Shown piece by piece: positions 49,841 to 59,468 of a DNA stretch of 64,000 nt. This DNA comes from Candidatus Omnitrophota bacterium. Lineage in GTDB: Bacteria > Ratteibacteria > UBA8468 > B48-G9 > DTJG01. The DNA is taken from contig JAMDAS010000017.1 in the NCBI GenBank assembly GCA_023484085.1, positions 1,430 through 65,429 on the forward strand. The letters are read 5' to 3'. Both the position numbers and the translations under genes were made by a program. Every line of letters starts with the position of its first letter. The first letter of the stretch is position 1. Below the pieces are notes generated by a model that saw only the letters and a list, made by a program, of their open reading frames with translations, ran no database searches and was not told the DNA's origin.

Positions 49841-51328
49841 ATGAATAATGTGAATTTTTTCACACTTTTAACAATTTTTGTTCCGATTATAGGCTCATTC
49901 ACTGTGCCTGTTATCTCTTTTTTTTCAAAAAGGCTTAGTACATACTGGGCATGTACAATTGCATTTTTTACGGCTCTATCACCTTTTTTTCTTATTCCTT
50001 ATGTAATATCAGGAGTCCAGTTCGTCTTTGGAAAGCATCTCTATGGGGGAATAAATTGGACACTTAGCGTTGATGCCCTGTCAGTTTTTGTCTCAATAGT
50101 CTCAAGCCTTATATCTGCCTTTATTGTCCTTTATTCCCTGCACTATATAAAAGAAACAGATAACCAGACTGAATACTATTTTATGGTGCTTCTTTTTATT
50201 GGTTCAATGATGGGTCTTGTTTATTCTGCAAATCTTATATTCTTATATGTTTTCTGGGAAATTGCCGCAATATGTTCATGGAGACTTATAGGATTTTACA
50301 GGGTAAGAGAATTTGTCATAAAGGCAGATAAGGCATTTCTCATGACATTTTTGGGAGCGGTTTTGATGCTTATCGGATTCCTGCAGATTTACCATACAAC
50401 ACATACATTTGACATAACGAAGATGAAAGGGACAGGGATACCAATCTCTGCATTTCTGCTTATTCTTGCAGGAATGCTTTCAAAGTCTGCTACATTTCCC
50501 CTTCACTCATGGCTGCCGGATGCAGGTGTCGCACCATCAACTGTAACAGCCCTTCTCCATGCAGCAGTACTTGTAAAAATAGGTGTGTACGTTGCTGCAA
50601 GACTGTTCTGTGATACGTTTGTTCTCCCGCACATATCCTATCCCCTGATAGCAATTATCGCGGTATTTTCAAGTTTAATTGCTGCAGGAGCTGCAGCAGT
50701 TGATTATGACATGAAGAGGATTCTTGCCTATTCTACAATAAGTCAGATTGGGTATATTTTTATTGGGTTTGCGGTTATGAATCCTCTTGGATTTGCAGGA
50801 GCTACCTTTTATATTCTTGCCCATGGATTTTCAAAAGCGGGCTTGTTTTTATGCGCGGGCATTATTGAGCATAATACCCACACAAAGGATATAAGAAAAC
50901 TTGGCGGATTGATAAAAACCATGCCGCTTACGGCTGTAGCATTTCTTATGTGCGCTTTTGCAACGATTGGACTGCCTCCTTTCAGCGGATTTTTTGCAAA
51001 ATTCATGGTTATTATGGGTGCGGTAAAAGCCGGGGAAACAGGGCTTGCTGCACTTGCATTGTTTATTGCGCTTCTTACGATGTTTTATCTTTTCAGGATG
51101 TTTCACGCCATATTTTTGGGAAATCCGAACCATGAGGCAAATCTGCCGGTTGTAGTAAAAGAAAGAACACCTCTTATGGTCTCCACTGTCATTGCATTTT
51201 CATTTTTTGCTCTTCTTACAGGAGTATTTGTCAGGTATCCGATGAAGATAGTACACTCTGCCACCTACGGTATGTTACATATAAATACTATAACAAAAAC
51301 AAAATTTACAGGAGTAGCGGAAAGATAA
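49841..51328 (+). CDS. Complex I NuoM/N-like (Mrp MrpD-like) antiporter-type membrane subunit
   Basis: Proton-antiporter family motif WLPDAGVAPSTVTALLHAAVLVKIGVY. 14-TM-like. ATG 49841 after AAGGA. Confidence 0.75.
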   Translation: MNNVNFFTLLTIFVPIIGSFTVPVISFFSKRLSTYWACTIAFFTALSPFFLIPYVISGVQFVFGKHLYGGINWTLSVDALSVFVSIVSSLISAFIVLYSLHYIKETDNQTEYYFMVLLFIGSMMGLVYSANLIFLYVFWEIAAICSWRLIGFYRVREFVIKADKAFLMTFLGAVLMLIGFLQIYHTTHTFDITKMKGTGIPISAFLLILAGMLSKSATFPLHSWLPDAGVAPSTVTALLHAAVLVKIGVYVAARLFCDTFVLPHISYPLIAIIAVFSSLIAAGAAAVDYDMKRILAYSTISQIGYIFIGFAVMNPLGFAGATFYILAHGFSKAGLFLCAGIIEHNTHTKDIRKLGGLIKTMPLTAVAFLMCAFATIGLPPFSGFFAKFMVIMGAVKAGETGLAALALFIALLTMFYLFRMFHAIFLGNPNHEANLPVVVKERTPLMVSTVIAFSFFALLTGVFVRYPMKIVHSATYGMLHINTITKTKFTGVAER

Positions 51329-51332
51329 AAAA

Positions 51333-53195
51333 ATGGTAAATAATAATTTACTTCTTCCAATCTGGGTTCCTGTTGTCTTTGCATTTGGCGTTTTTGTTTT
51401 CAACGGGAAAAAATGGCTCAGGGAAATATTTGCAGTTTTGGGCACCCTGATTTTTCTGTTTATAACGTGGAATCTTTTTTCTATCAGGGCCATGGACGTT
51501 TATTATAGGGTTCCATGGGCTGGTTTTGGTATGAGTTTTGATTTAAGGCTTTACTCTTTCAGCGGGTTCATTCTCCTATGGCTTGGCATCTTTACTTTGA
51601 TTGTTACACTTTTTTCAACTGTAAAACTTGTTAACCACCCAAGGGCAAATCTTTATTATACCTATATATTTTTGACAGCATGTTTTGGCAGCGGCGCGGT
51701 TCTTTCAAATAATTTTGTCCTTATGGTCTTTTTCTGGGAAGGGCTTTTACTTACTTTATATGGGTTTATCTGTCTTGGTGGCGAAAATTCTTACAGGACA
51801 GCGGTTAAAAGTCTGATTATAGTCGGCTTATGTGATTTTTCCATGATTCTTGGTATAGGAATTATATGGTTTCTTACCGGAACGTTTACAATGTCTAAAA
51901 TATCACTGGTTCCATCCGGTCCGGCAGCAGCTGCGTTTTTCCTTATGATGGCAGGGGCACTCGGAAAAGCAGGCGCTGTTCCTTTTCATACATGGATACC
52001 GGATGCTGCAGATGATGCGCCTGTAACCTTTATGGCTCTTATTCCTGCATCTATTGACAAGCTGATTGGCATTTATCTTCTTGTCAGACTCTGCCTGGAT
52101 TTTTTTGTCCTCAGGCTTAATGACCCTTTCAGTATTACGTTGATGGTAATAGGCGGCCTTACAATTTTAATTACAGGATTCATGGCTTTTATCCAGGATG
52201 ATTTTAAACGGATTCTTTCCTATTCCACAGTAAGCCAGGTGGGTTATATGATTCTCGGAATTGGAACTTTTCTGCCCGTTGGAATAACCGGCGGGTTATT
52301 CCTTATGCTTAATCATTCAATATATGAAAGCGGACTTTTTTTAAGTGCAGGGTCTATTGAACATAAAACAGGAACAACCCGGCTTAATAAGCTTGGAGGA
52401 CTGGGAAAACGTATGCCTGTTACTGCAGTATGTTTTATTATATTTGGTCTTTCAATTTCAGGTATATGGCCGTTTAACGGGTTTATTTCAAAAGAAATGA
52501 TTATTCATAGTTCTATAAATACAGGATGGACTATATTTGCATTATCGGCCTATATAGGAGCAATACTTACAGTTGCTTATATGCTTAAGGCAGGCCATAG
52601 TATATTTTTTGGTCCCGAACCATCAGGAACCAAACAGGTAAAAGAAAGTGAATCCTTATTGCTTATTCCTATGATCATTCTTGCATTTTTATGCATACTT
52701 TTCGGGCTTGATAGTAAGATGCCAATCAAGTTTTCCATCGCTCCTATTTTAAAGAGTCACTTTCCATTAGTAAATCTGAACTTCTACAGTCATGCTCTGT
52801 CAGTTTTTACTCCTGCTGCAGGAATTACCATACTGTGCATTATCATCGCCATTGCAATGTATTTTCTTGGCTGGAAAAAGAGCGGGGGAAAAGCCTCTGT
52901 TTCCTCTGAATCTTTGCGTTATGCCTTGATATTCAAGACGCTGTATGACATGGCTGAACGAAAGTTTTTTGATATTTATGAACAGGGAATAGTATTCCTG
53001 TCCGCTCTTTCAGAAGCTGTTTCCATTGTTTTTGACAGGGGAATGGATTATATTTATGAAACAGCGTTTGTTAATACAGGGAAGAAGATAACTTCTTTGT
53101 TGAAAAGTGCGCATAACGGGAAATATGCCAACTATCTTGCGTGGCTGATTGGAGGCTTGTTTATCGTGGCATGGATATTAATACTGAAATTCTGA
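51333..53195 (+). CDS. Complex I NuoL-like (MrpA-like) antiporter-type membrane subunit
   Basis: 620 aa. HTWIPDAADDAPVTFMALIPASIDKLIGIYLLVR motif. Confidence 0.75.
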   Translation: MVNNNLLLPIWVPVVFAFGVFVFNGKKWLREIFAVLGTLIFLFITWNLFSIRAMDVYYRVPWAGFGMSFDLRLYSFSGFILLWLGIFTLIVTLFSTVKLVNHPRANLYYTYIFLTACFGSGAVLSNNFVLMVFFWEGLLLTLYGFICLGGENSYRTAVKSLIIVGLCDFSMILGIGIIWFLTGTFTMSKISLVPSGPAAAAFFLMMAGALGKAGAVPFHTWIPDAADDAPVTFMALIPASIDKLIGIYLLVRLCLDFFVLRLNDPFSITLMVIGGLTILITGFMAFIQDDFKRILSYSTVSQVGYMILGIGTFLPVGITGGLFLMLNHSIYESGLFLSAGSIEHKTGTTRLNKLGGLGKRMPVTAVCFIIFGLSISGIWPFNGFISKEMIIHSSINTGWTIFALSAYIGAILTVAYMLKAGHSIFFGPEPSGTKQVKESESLLLIPMIILAFLCILFGLDSKMPIKFSIAPILKSHFPLVNLNFYSHALSVFTPAAGITILCIIIAIAMYFLGWKKSGGKASVSSESLRYALIFKTLYDMAERKFFDIYEQGIVFLSALSEAVSIVFDRGMDYIYETAFVNTGKKITSLLKSAHNGKYANYLAWLIGGLFIVAWILILKF

Positions 53196-53196
53196 C

Positions 53197-53356
53197 ATAA
53201 GTTATGGATTTTTCTTTACTCCGCCTAAAAGATTGGCGGACTATCGTGCTTTGAAAAAAACCACGACGCCTGTTTTTACCATATAGGTAGTTGCTTTCCA
53301 AAGAAGGCGGAGAGTATGCACAGGTAGTGCATGTTCTGTGCATAATCCAAACTTAT
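53197..53356 (+). repeat. Structured intergenic repeat, copy 1 (~160 bp)
   Basis: Near-identical to 54849..55008 and 59268..59426. Contains nested hairpins and terminal inverted repeats. Confidence 0.9.
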
Positions 53357-53385
53357 CATGGGTAAAGTTCAAATTATTTATAAAA

Positions 53386-54846
53386 ATGTTTATATTTATT
53401 GTTTTTCCTCTTGTAGGTGCAGGGATTATGCCCCTGCTCGGGAAATTATCAAAAAAGAAATGGCCTGATATTCTTTCTGCCATGGTACTTCTTATTCTAT
53501 TGGTATGTTCAGTCGTTATTTTTTCCCCTTCCCTTAAAGAACCGTGGCAGTATATCCAAAATGTGCATTTTTTAAATGAGCCTGTTCATATTAATCTTGC
53601 CCTTGACAGTTTTAACGGGCTTTTCCTTATTCTTATATCTTTTATCAGTTTTACTATCAGTCTTTTTTCCATAGACTATATGGAAATCTACGGGTCAAAG
53701 CAAATATATTATGCACTGCTTCTTGTTATTGTCGCAGCCCTGAATGGGCTGGTCCTTTCAAAAGACTTATTTGGCATATACATTTTTCTTGAGTCTGCCG
53801 CTATTGCATCATTTGGACTTGTTGCATTTAGCTTAGAAGCAGAAGCACTGGAGGGCGCCTATAAATATCTTTTGTTATCTGTAATTGCATCCGGATTTAT
53901 TCTTCTTGGTATAGTACTGTTGTTTGCCATAACAGGAAGTCTTTCCCTTGATGGAGTAAAAAAGGTAATGGAGATTGTTAATAACAAGTCTGTTATTACA
54001 CTCTGTTCTATTTTGTTTATCGTGGGTTTTGGACTGAAAACCGCCCTAGTTCCATTTCATTCATGGATGCCGGATGCATATACAAAAGCACCTGCAACGT
54101 TTCCTGCAATAAGTTCAGGGCTGATTATAAAAATTACAGGAATTTATGTTTTGGCAAGAATATTTTTTAATATGTTTCAAATAAATGCAGGGGTTTCTTC
54201 CGCTCTTCTGTTTTTGGGGATGTTTTCCATTATTGTGGGCACTTTTCTTGCATTAGGTCAGAAAGATATAAAAAGAATGCTTGCATATTCCTCTATAAGC
54301 CAGGTGGGATATATTATAGCAGGCTTTGGGGTTGGTACGGCTCTTGGCGTAATTGCAGCAATTTTCCAGCTTTTCAATCATTCAATATTCAAATCCCTGC
54401 TTTTTCTTAATGCAGGCTCACTGGAAAAATCAACAGGGACACAATCGCTTGATGAGATGGGGGGATTGGAGAAAAAAATGCCTGTTACAGCAACAACAAA
54501 TGCAGTTGGTCTGCTTTCTACTGCAGGTGTTCCTCCTTTGAACGGATTCTGGAGCAAACTGCTTATTATTATGGCGCTGCTCCAGGCGAAATTATATATT
54601 TATGCCATTATTGCAATCTTTATGAGTGTTCTTACCCTGTGGTATTTCCTGATTGTTCATCGTCAGGCGTTTTTTGGAAAATTAAATGAGAAATGGAGTA
54701 GCGTCAGGGAAGCACCCTTCTGGATGTCTCTCTCAATGATTATATTGGCCCTGGCGTGTTTTGTCATAGGTATTGCTTTTTACATTGTGCTTAAACGTTT
54801 TATCATACCGGCATCAGTACCGCTGGCTGGTTTTATTATGAAATAG
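53386..54846 (+). CDS. Complex I NuoM/N-like antiporter-type membrane subunit
   Basis: HSWMPDAYTKAPATFPAISSGLIIKITGIY motif. The ORF-track start at 53338 lies inside the repeat, so the start was moved to MFIFIVFPLVG. Confidence 0.7.
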   Translation: MFIFIVFPLVGAGIMPLLGKLSKKKWPDILSAMVLLILLVCSVVIFSPSLKEPWQYIQNVHFLNEPVHINLALDSFNGLFLILISFISFTISLFSIDYMEIYGSKQIYYALLLVIVAALNGLVLSKDLFGIYIFLESAAIASFGLVAFSLEAEALEGAYKYLLLSVIASGFILLGIVLLFAITGSLSLDGVKKVMEIVNNKSVITLCSILFIVGFGLKTALVPFHSWMPDAYTKAPATFPAISSGLIIKITGIYVLARIFFNMFQINAGVSSALLFLGMFSIIVGTFLALGQKDIKRMLAYSSISQVGYIIAGFGVGTALGVIAAIFQLFNHSIFKSLLFLNAGSLEKSTGTQSLDEMGGLEKKMPVTATTNAVGLLSTAGVPPLNGFWSKLLIIMALLQAKLYIYAIIAIFMSVLTLWYFLIVHRQAFFGKLNEKWSSVREAPFWMSLSMIILALACFVIGIAFYIVLKRFIIPASVPLAGFIMK

Positions 54847-54848
54847 AA

Positions 54849-55008
54849 ATAAGTTATAGATTTCTCTTTACTCCGCCTAAAAGATTGGCGGACTATCGTG
54901 CTTTGAAAAGAACCACGACGCCTGTTTTTACCATATAGGTAGTTGCTTTCCAAAGAAGGCGGAGAGTATGCACAGGTAGTGCATGTTCTGTGCATAATCC
55001 AAACTTAT
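54849..55008 (+). repeat. Structured intergenic repeat, copy 2
   Basis: See copy 1. Confidence 0.9.
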
Positions 55009-55027
55009 TATAATTTAAGGAAAGTAT

Positions 55028-55498
55028 ATGACTATATTTATTCTTATATTGCTGATAATTTTTTCAATTCTTGCTGTGTTTTTAAGGGACCTTTTAAAGG
55101 CTGCATTAAGTCTTGCAGCAGCAAGTATATGCCTAACAATTATATTTTTCCTACTTCATGCTTTTTATGCGGGGGTTTTTGAAATATCCGTTGTTGCAGG
55201 GCTCATAATAGTTCTTTTTGTAACAACGATTTCACTTACCAGGTCGGAAACACCTGTTAAAGAATCTCTGATGGCGTATTTTTTCTTTCCTATATTTTTT
55301 ATCCTTATTATAGGGGTTGATTTGATGATATATAAAAGATTTTCTATGGGTATCCCATCTGTTACCGGGACTATTTTCCATGGAAACTTTGGTGATGTTT
55401 TCTGGGGAAAAAGGTCTTTTGACCTGATTGGACAGGTTTGCATAATCTTTGCCGGGGTTTTTTCTGTTCTAACTCTTTTCAGGAGGAAAAATGAGTAA
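55028..55498 (+). CDS. NuoJ-like membrane subunit
   Basis: AALSLAAASICLTIIFFLLHAFYAGVFEISVVAGLIIVLFV resembles the NuoJ core (..A.F.A..e..VYaGAi.VLF). Confidence 0.5.
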   Translation: MTIFILILLIIFSILAVFLRDLLKAALSLAAASICLTIIFFLLHAFYAGVFEISVVAGLIIVLFVTTISLTRSETPVKESLMAYFFFPIFFILIIGVDLMIYKRFSMGIPSVTGTIFHGNFGDVFWGKRSFDLIGQVCIIFAGVFSVLTLFRRKNE

Positions 55499-55829
55499 TC
55501 CAGCAGGCTCGTTAACGTTATTAAACAGCCAGTGGCTTCTATACATGGGAATTGTCATTATTCTTGTATTTATTGGCATATATTGTCTTTTAACAATGAA
55601 AAATATTATAAAACTTTTAATCGGGATAGAGGTTTTTTCCAAAGGGATTTCTCTTGCAATCATTGCAACCGGGTTTGCAAAAAAGAACATCCTGCTTGCA
55701 CAGGGTATAATGATTACTTTTATCGTCATTGAAGTGGCCGTCATTGCAGTGGCTCTTGGTATAGTAATAAATATTTATAACAAGACAGGAAGTCTTGACA
55801 TAAGAAAGATAACCAAACTAAAAGGATAA
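55491..55829 (+). CDS. NuoK/MrpC-like membrane subunit
   Basis: 112 aa, 3 TM. LLIGIEVFSKGISLAIIATG resembles the NuoK signature. Confidence 0.65.
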   Translation: MSNPAGSLTLLNSQWLLYMGIVIILVFIGIYCLLTMKNIIKLLIGIEVFSKGISLAIIATGFAKKNILLAQGIMITFIVIEVAVIAVALGIVINIYNKTGSLDIRKITKLKG

Positions 55830-55831
55830 AA

Positions 55832-56167
55832 ATGGATAATAGTATAAAAATATTGCTTTCTCCGCCACTGGCATTTTTGTTTTTTTTATGTGTCTCTGCC
55901 GGAATATATAAAATTGCCGGTAAATTTTCCGCAAAGGGAAAACCATCACAGGGGAAACTAAAAACATATGTTGGCGGTGAGGACATACAGGGATATAAAA
56001 TACAGTTTGGATACAAATCCTTTTTCTTTGTCGCGATTTTCTTTACAATGATAGAAGTGTCAACTCTGGTTATTGCTACTATCCATAGCAGGTTTGTTCT
56101 TCTTGGAATGTTTTATCTTGCAATGATTTTTCTTGCAATTTTTGCGTTAATAACAAGGGAAACATAA
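55832..56167 (+). CDS. Small membrane subunit, NuoA-like
   Basis: 111 aa. TYVGGEDIQGY...FFFVAIFFTMIEVSTLVI resembles NuoA (pYEcG...flaiLFllFDvE). Confidence 0.4.
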   Translation: MDNSIKILLSPPLAFLFFLCVSAGIYKIAGKFSAKGKPSQGKLKTYVGGEDIQGYKIQFGYKSFFFVAIFFTMIEVSTLVIATIHSRFVLLGMFYLAMIFLAIFALITRET

Positions 56168-56170
56168 AAA

Positions 56171-56599
56171 ATGATAGAGAAAATTATTAAATGGTCACGA
56201 TTAAAATCTCCATGGGTTCTTCATCTTAACACAGGAGGATGCAATGCCTGTGATATTGAACTGCTTGCGGCGCTGATGCCCCGGTTTGACGTTGAAAGAT
56301 TCGGAATACTGTCAAAAGCCACACCCCGGCATGCGGATGTGCTTGTTTGTATAGGACCTTTGACACGTCAGACAAAAGACAGGGTGGTAAGAATATACGA
56401 ACAGATGCCTGAACCAAAATTTGTCATCGCTGTGGGTGCATGTGCAATGTCCGGCTGTGTGTACAGAGGGGCTTATAATATCGTAGGTGGTGTAGACCAG
56501 GTTCTTCCTGTAGATATGTATGTACCGGGATGTCCTGCAAGACCGGATGCAATAATTGATGGAATAGTAAAATTATTAACAAAGATTGGAAAGGGGTAA
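56171..56599 (+). CDS. [NiFe] hydrogenase group 4 small subunit (NuoB homologue)
   Basis: GGCNACDIE, GACAMSGC and PGCPARP proximal [4Fe-4S] Cys motifs. Confidence 0.85.
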   Translation: MIEKIIKWSRLKSPWVLHLNTGGCNACDIELLAALMPRFDVERFGILSKATPRHADVLVCIGPLTRQTKDRVVRIYEQMPEPKFVIAVGACAMSGCVYRGAYNIVGGVDQVLPVDMYVPGCPARPDAIIDGIVKLLTKIGKG

Positions 56600-57073
56600 A
56601 TGATGGAAAAGTCTCTTATAAGCAGGTTAAAAGAATTTTTAGCGGAAAAAATAGTTGAATCAGCAAATCCATCCAAAAGGAGAATATTCATAAAGGTGTT
56701 GCCTGAAAATCTTCCGGATACCATACAAATTTTGAAAGAAAAGACAGGTTTTACACATTTATCAACTATTACAGGCGTGGATAAAGGGGAAACGTTTGAA
56801 ATCCTGTATCATTTTGCCAATAAAATTGCTGTGCTGACAGTCAGGACAGAAGTCCCTGCAGGTAAACCGGAAATAAAAACAATTACGAAGATTATTCCAG
56901 GGGCAATTCTGTATGAAAGAGAACTCCAGGATATGTTTGGAATAAAGGTAATGGAAATTCCTGACCCGAGGCCACTTATCCTGCCTGATGGATGGCCTGA
57001 AGGTAATTATCCATTAAGAAAAAACTGGAAATACCAGAGGCCTGAGGAAATAATACCTGGAGGGGGAAAATAA
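56600..57073 (+). CDS. NuoC-like (30 kDa) hydrogenase subunit
   Basis: ERELQDMFGI...PDPRPLIL motif of the NuoC/HycE-N family. Confidence 0.75.
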   Translation: MMEKSLISRLKEFLAEKIVESANPSKRRIFIKVLPENLPDTIQILKEKTGFTHLSTITGVDKGETFEILYHFANKIAVLTVRTEVPAGKPEIKTITKIIPGAILYERELQDMFGIKVMEIPDPRPLILPDGWPEGNYPLRKNWKYQRPEEIIPGGGK

Positions 57074-58278
57074 TGTCTATAACCATACCCATTGGGCCAC
57101 AGCATCCTGCTCTAAAGGAGCCTATAAGCTTAAAGATGACGTTTGATGGGGAAATCATAAAAGATGCTGACATAAGACTCGGCTACAATCATAGAGGTCT
57201 TGAAAAGCTTTTTGAGGGTAAAAGTTATGTCCAAAACATTTATGTTACAGAAAGAATATGCGGGATATGTTCCCATTCCCATACAACCTGTTTTGTCAAT
57301 GGCGTTGAAAAACTTCTGGGTATTGAAATACCCAAACGGGCTTCGTACATAAGAATGCTTATTGGTGAACTTGAAAGGGTCCATAGCCATCTTTTATGGC
57401 TTGGTGTGGCTGGCCATGAAGCAGGGTTTGAATCATTTTTTATGTATACATGGAGGGACAGGGAGATTGTAATGGACATTCTTGAAGAATCTTCCGGCAA
57501 CAGGGTTCACTATGCCATAAATACCATCGGCGGGGTAAGAAGGGATATTGATGAAACACAAAGGACAAGAATCCTAAATTCCCTGAAAATCCTGAAAGAA
57601 AGAACAGACTATTATAAAAATCTGGGAACTACAGAGCCCAGTTTTGTAGCAAGACTGTCAGGCATAGGAATTCTTCCCAGGGAACAGGCTCTTTCTTTAT
57701 GCTCCGTAGGACCAACCCTTCGCGCCTCAAATATTGACATGGACGTAAGAAAAGATGACCCTTATCTTGCATATGATGAGGTTCCGTTTGAGGTATCTAC
57801 TGCTGATACATGCGATGTCCTTGGCAGAACAGTGGTAAGAATAAAAGAATTATTCCAGTCATACAATATTATAGAATATATTCTCAGGAACCTGCCTGCC
57901 GGGGATATAAAAGCAAAGGTGCCAAGAAAGGTTCCTGCAGGTGAGACTGTCAGCAGATATGAGGCTCCAAGGGGTGAAAACATCCACTATATAAAAAGTA
58001 ATGGAACAGAAAAACCGGAAAGACTGAAGGTAAGGGCTCCAACACTCGCCAATTATCCTGCTACGGTTGCAATGTTAAAAAATGGCTTTATTGCTGACAT
58101 ACCGCTTATATTTGCCGCCATAGACCCATGTATATGCTGTGCTGAACGAATGGTAGAGGTAAAAGATACAAAAACAGGAAGAGCGGAAATAAAGACATTT
58201 GATGAATTAAAAAAATATTCCAGGGATTTTTATAAAAACCACAAAAAAATAAAAAAGGATACCGTATGGCCATTCTAA
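57073..58278 (+). CDS. [NiFe] hydrogenase group 4 large subunit (NuoD homologue, Ni-binding Cys retained)
   Basis: N-terminal L1 motif RICGICSHSH and C-terminal L2 motif DPCICCAER are both present. Confidence 0.85.
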   Translation: MSITIPIGPQHPALKEPISLKMTFDGEIIKDADIRLGYNHRGLEKLFEGKSYVQNIYVTERICGICSHSHTTCFVNGVEKLLGIEIPKRASYIRMLIGELERVHSHLLWLGVAGHEAGFESFFMYTWRDREIVMDILEESSGNRVHYAINTIGGVRRDIDETQRTRILNSLKILKERTDYYKNLGTTEPSFVARLSGIGILPREQALSLCSVGPTLRASNIDMDVRKDDPYLAYDEVPFEVSTADTCDVLGRTVVRIKELFQSYNIIEYILRNLPAGDIKAKVPRKVPAGETVSRYEAPRGENIHYIKSNGTEKPERLKVRAPTLANYPATVAMLKNGFIADIPLIFAAIDPCICCAERMVEVKDTKTGRAEIKTFDELKKYSRDFYKNHKKIKKDTVWPF

Positions 58279-59234
58279 AAACATTTTTTTATCTTTTGGT
58301 ATATCCGGGGTTAGTGTTTCTAATTGTATATTCTCTTTTTTGTGAATGGTTTGACAGGAAAACGTATGCGCGTCTGCAAAACAGGAGAGGTCCCCTGCAT
58401 ACAGGAAAAGCAGGACTGCTGCAGCCTGCAGCAGATTTAATAAAGCTTTTTTCCAAAGAGGACATTGTCCCTGAAAAAGCAGACAGGATTATGTTTACGG
58501 CACTTCCTGTTTTTGGTCTTGCAATAATTTTAACTTCCGCCATGTACCTGCCCATCTGGAATTATTCCATGACAAAAACAGGTTTTAATTCTTTTCCCGG
58601 GGACATTATAGTGCTTATATACCTTTTAAGTCTTCCCACAATAATACTATTTCTTGCAGGATGGCATTCAACAAGCTTTTTCTCAACTATCGGAGGGGTA
58701 AGGGTGATAACAATGTTTTTTGGCTATGAAATCCCTTTGCTTTTATCTGTCCTGAGTCCTGCTATCCTTGCAGGCTCATGGCGTCTTGCTGAAATTGCAC
58801 AATTTTTTCAGGCTAATCCCGGACTGCTTTCTGTCAACGTTATAGGGTTTTTTATTGCTCTTGCAGCACTCCAGGCAAAGCTTGAAAGAACCCCGTTTGA
58901 CATACCCCATGCAGAAACTGAAATCGTTGGAGGCACATTTACAGAATATACAGGAAGGAAACTTGCATTTTTCAGGCTTATAACCGACATAGAAATGGTT
59001 GTAGGCAGCGGTCTGATTGCAACAGTTTTTCTTGGTGGCTTTCCAGGCGGGATATTCTCATCTTTTATCTGGTTTATTATAAAAACACTTTTTGTCATAT
59101 TTCTGCTTTCTGTAATAAAAGCGGCATTTTCAAGGCTCAGGATTGACCAGATGGTCAGGTTCTCATGGTATATTCTTGCTCCATTGGGAATACTGCAGAT
59201 TTTTATAACGTTGCTTGTTAAACTGAAATTCTGA
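58266..59234 (+). CDS. NuoH-like membrane subunit (HycD/EchB/MbhM homologue)
   Basis: RRGPLHTGKAGLLQPAADLIKLF N-terminal region and 8-TM pattern of NuoH. Confidence 0.8.
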   Translation: MAILKTFFYLLVYPGLVFLIVYSLFCEWFDRKTYARLQNRRGPLHTGKAGLLQPAADLIKLFSKEDIVPEKADRIMFTALPVFGLAIILTSAMYLPIWNYSMTKTGFNSFPGDIIVLIYLLSLPTIILFLAGWHSTSFFSTIGGVRVITMFFGYEIPLLLSVLSPAILAGSWRLAEIAQFFQANPGLLSVNVIGFFIALAALQAKLERTPFDIPHAETEIVGGTFTEYTGRKLAFFRLITDIEMVVGSGLIATVFLGGFPGGIFSSFIWFIIKTLFVIFLLSVIKAAFSRLRIDQMVRFSWYILAPLGILQIFITLLVKLKF

Positions 59235-59267
59235 TATAAGAAATATGGACAATGAACAAAGTAAGAG

Positions 59268-59426
59268 ATAACTTTGGGTTTCTCTTTTCTCCGCCTAAAA
59301 GATTGGCGGACTATCGTGCTTTGAAAAGAACCACGACGCCTGTTTTTACCATATAGGTAGTTGCTTTCCAAAGAAGGCGGAGAGTATGCACAGGTAGTGA
59401 TTGTTCTGTGCATAACCCAAAATTAT
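59268..59426 (+). repeat. Structured intergenic repeat, copy 3 (most diverged; changes fall in loops or are compensatory)
   Basis: See copy 1. Confidence 0.9.
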
Positions 59427-59468
59427 CATGGGAAAGACAATCCAAATTTATCGGAAAGGAGTATTTTA

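Noticed and set aside
53161-59413. ORF-track proteins MHRTCTTCAYSPPSLESNYLYGKNRRRG... (three copies, minus strand) and MLSKEGGEYAQVV... (plus strand), which look like a conserved duplicated small-protein family
   Set aside because: They lie entirely within the three copies of the structured intergenic repeat. Inter-copy substitutions are non-synonymous in these frames but preserve RNA helices. The starts are non-ATG or lack an RBS, and the frames run on both strands of the same element. Their conservation is a by-product of the DNA/RNA repeat, not coding.
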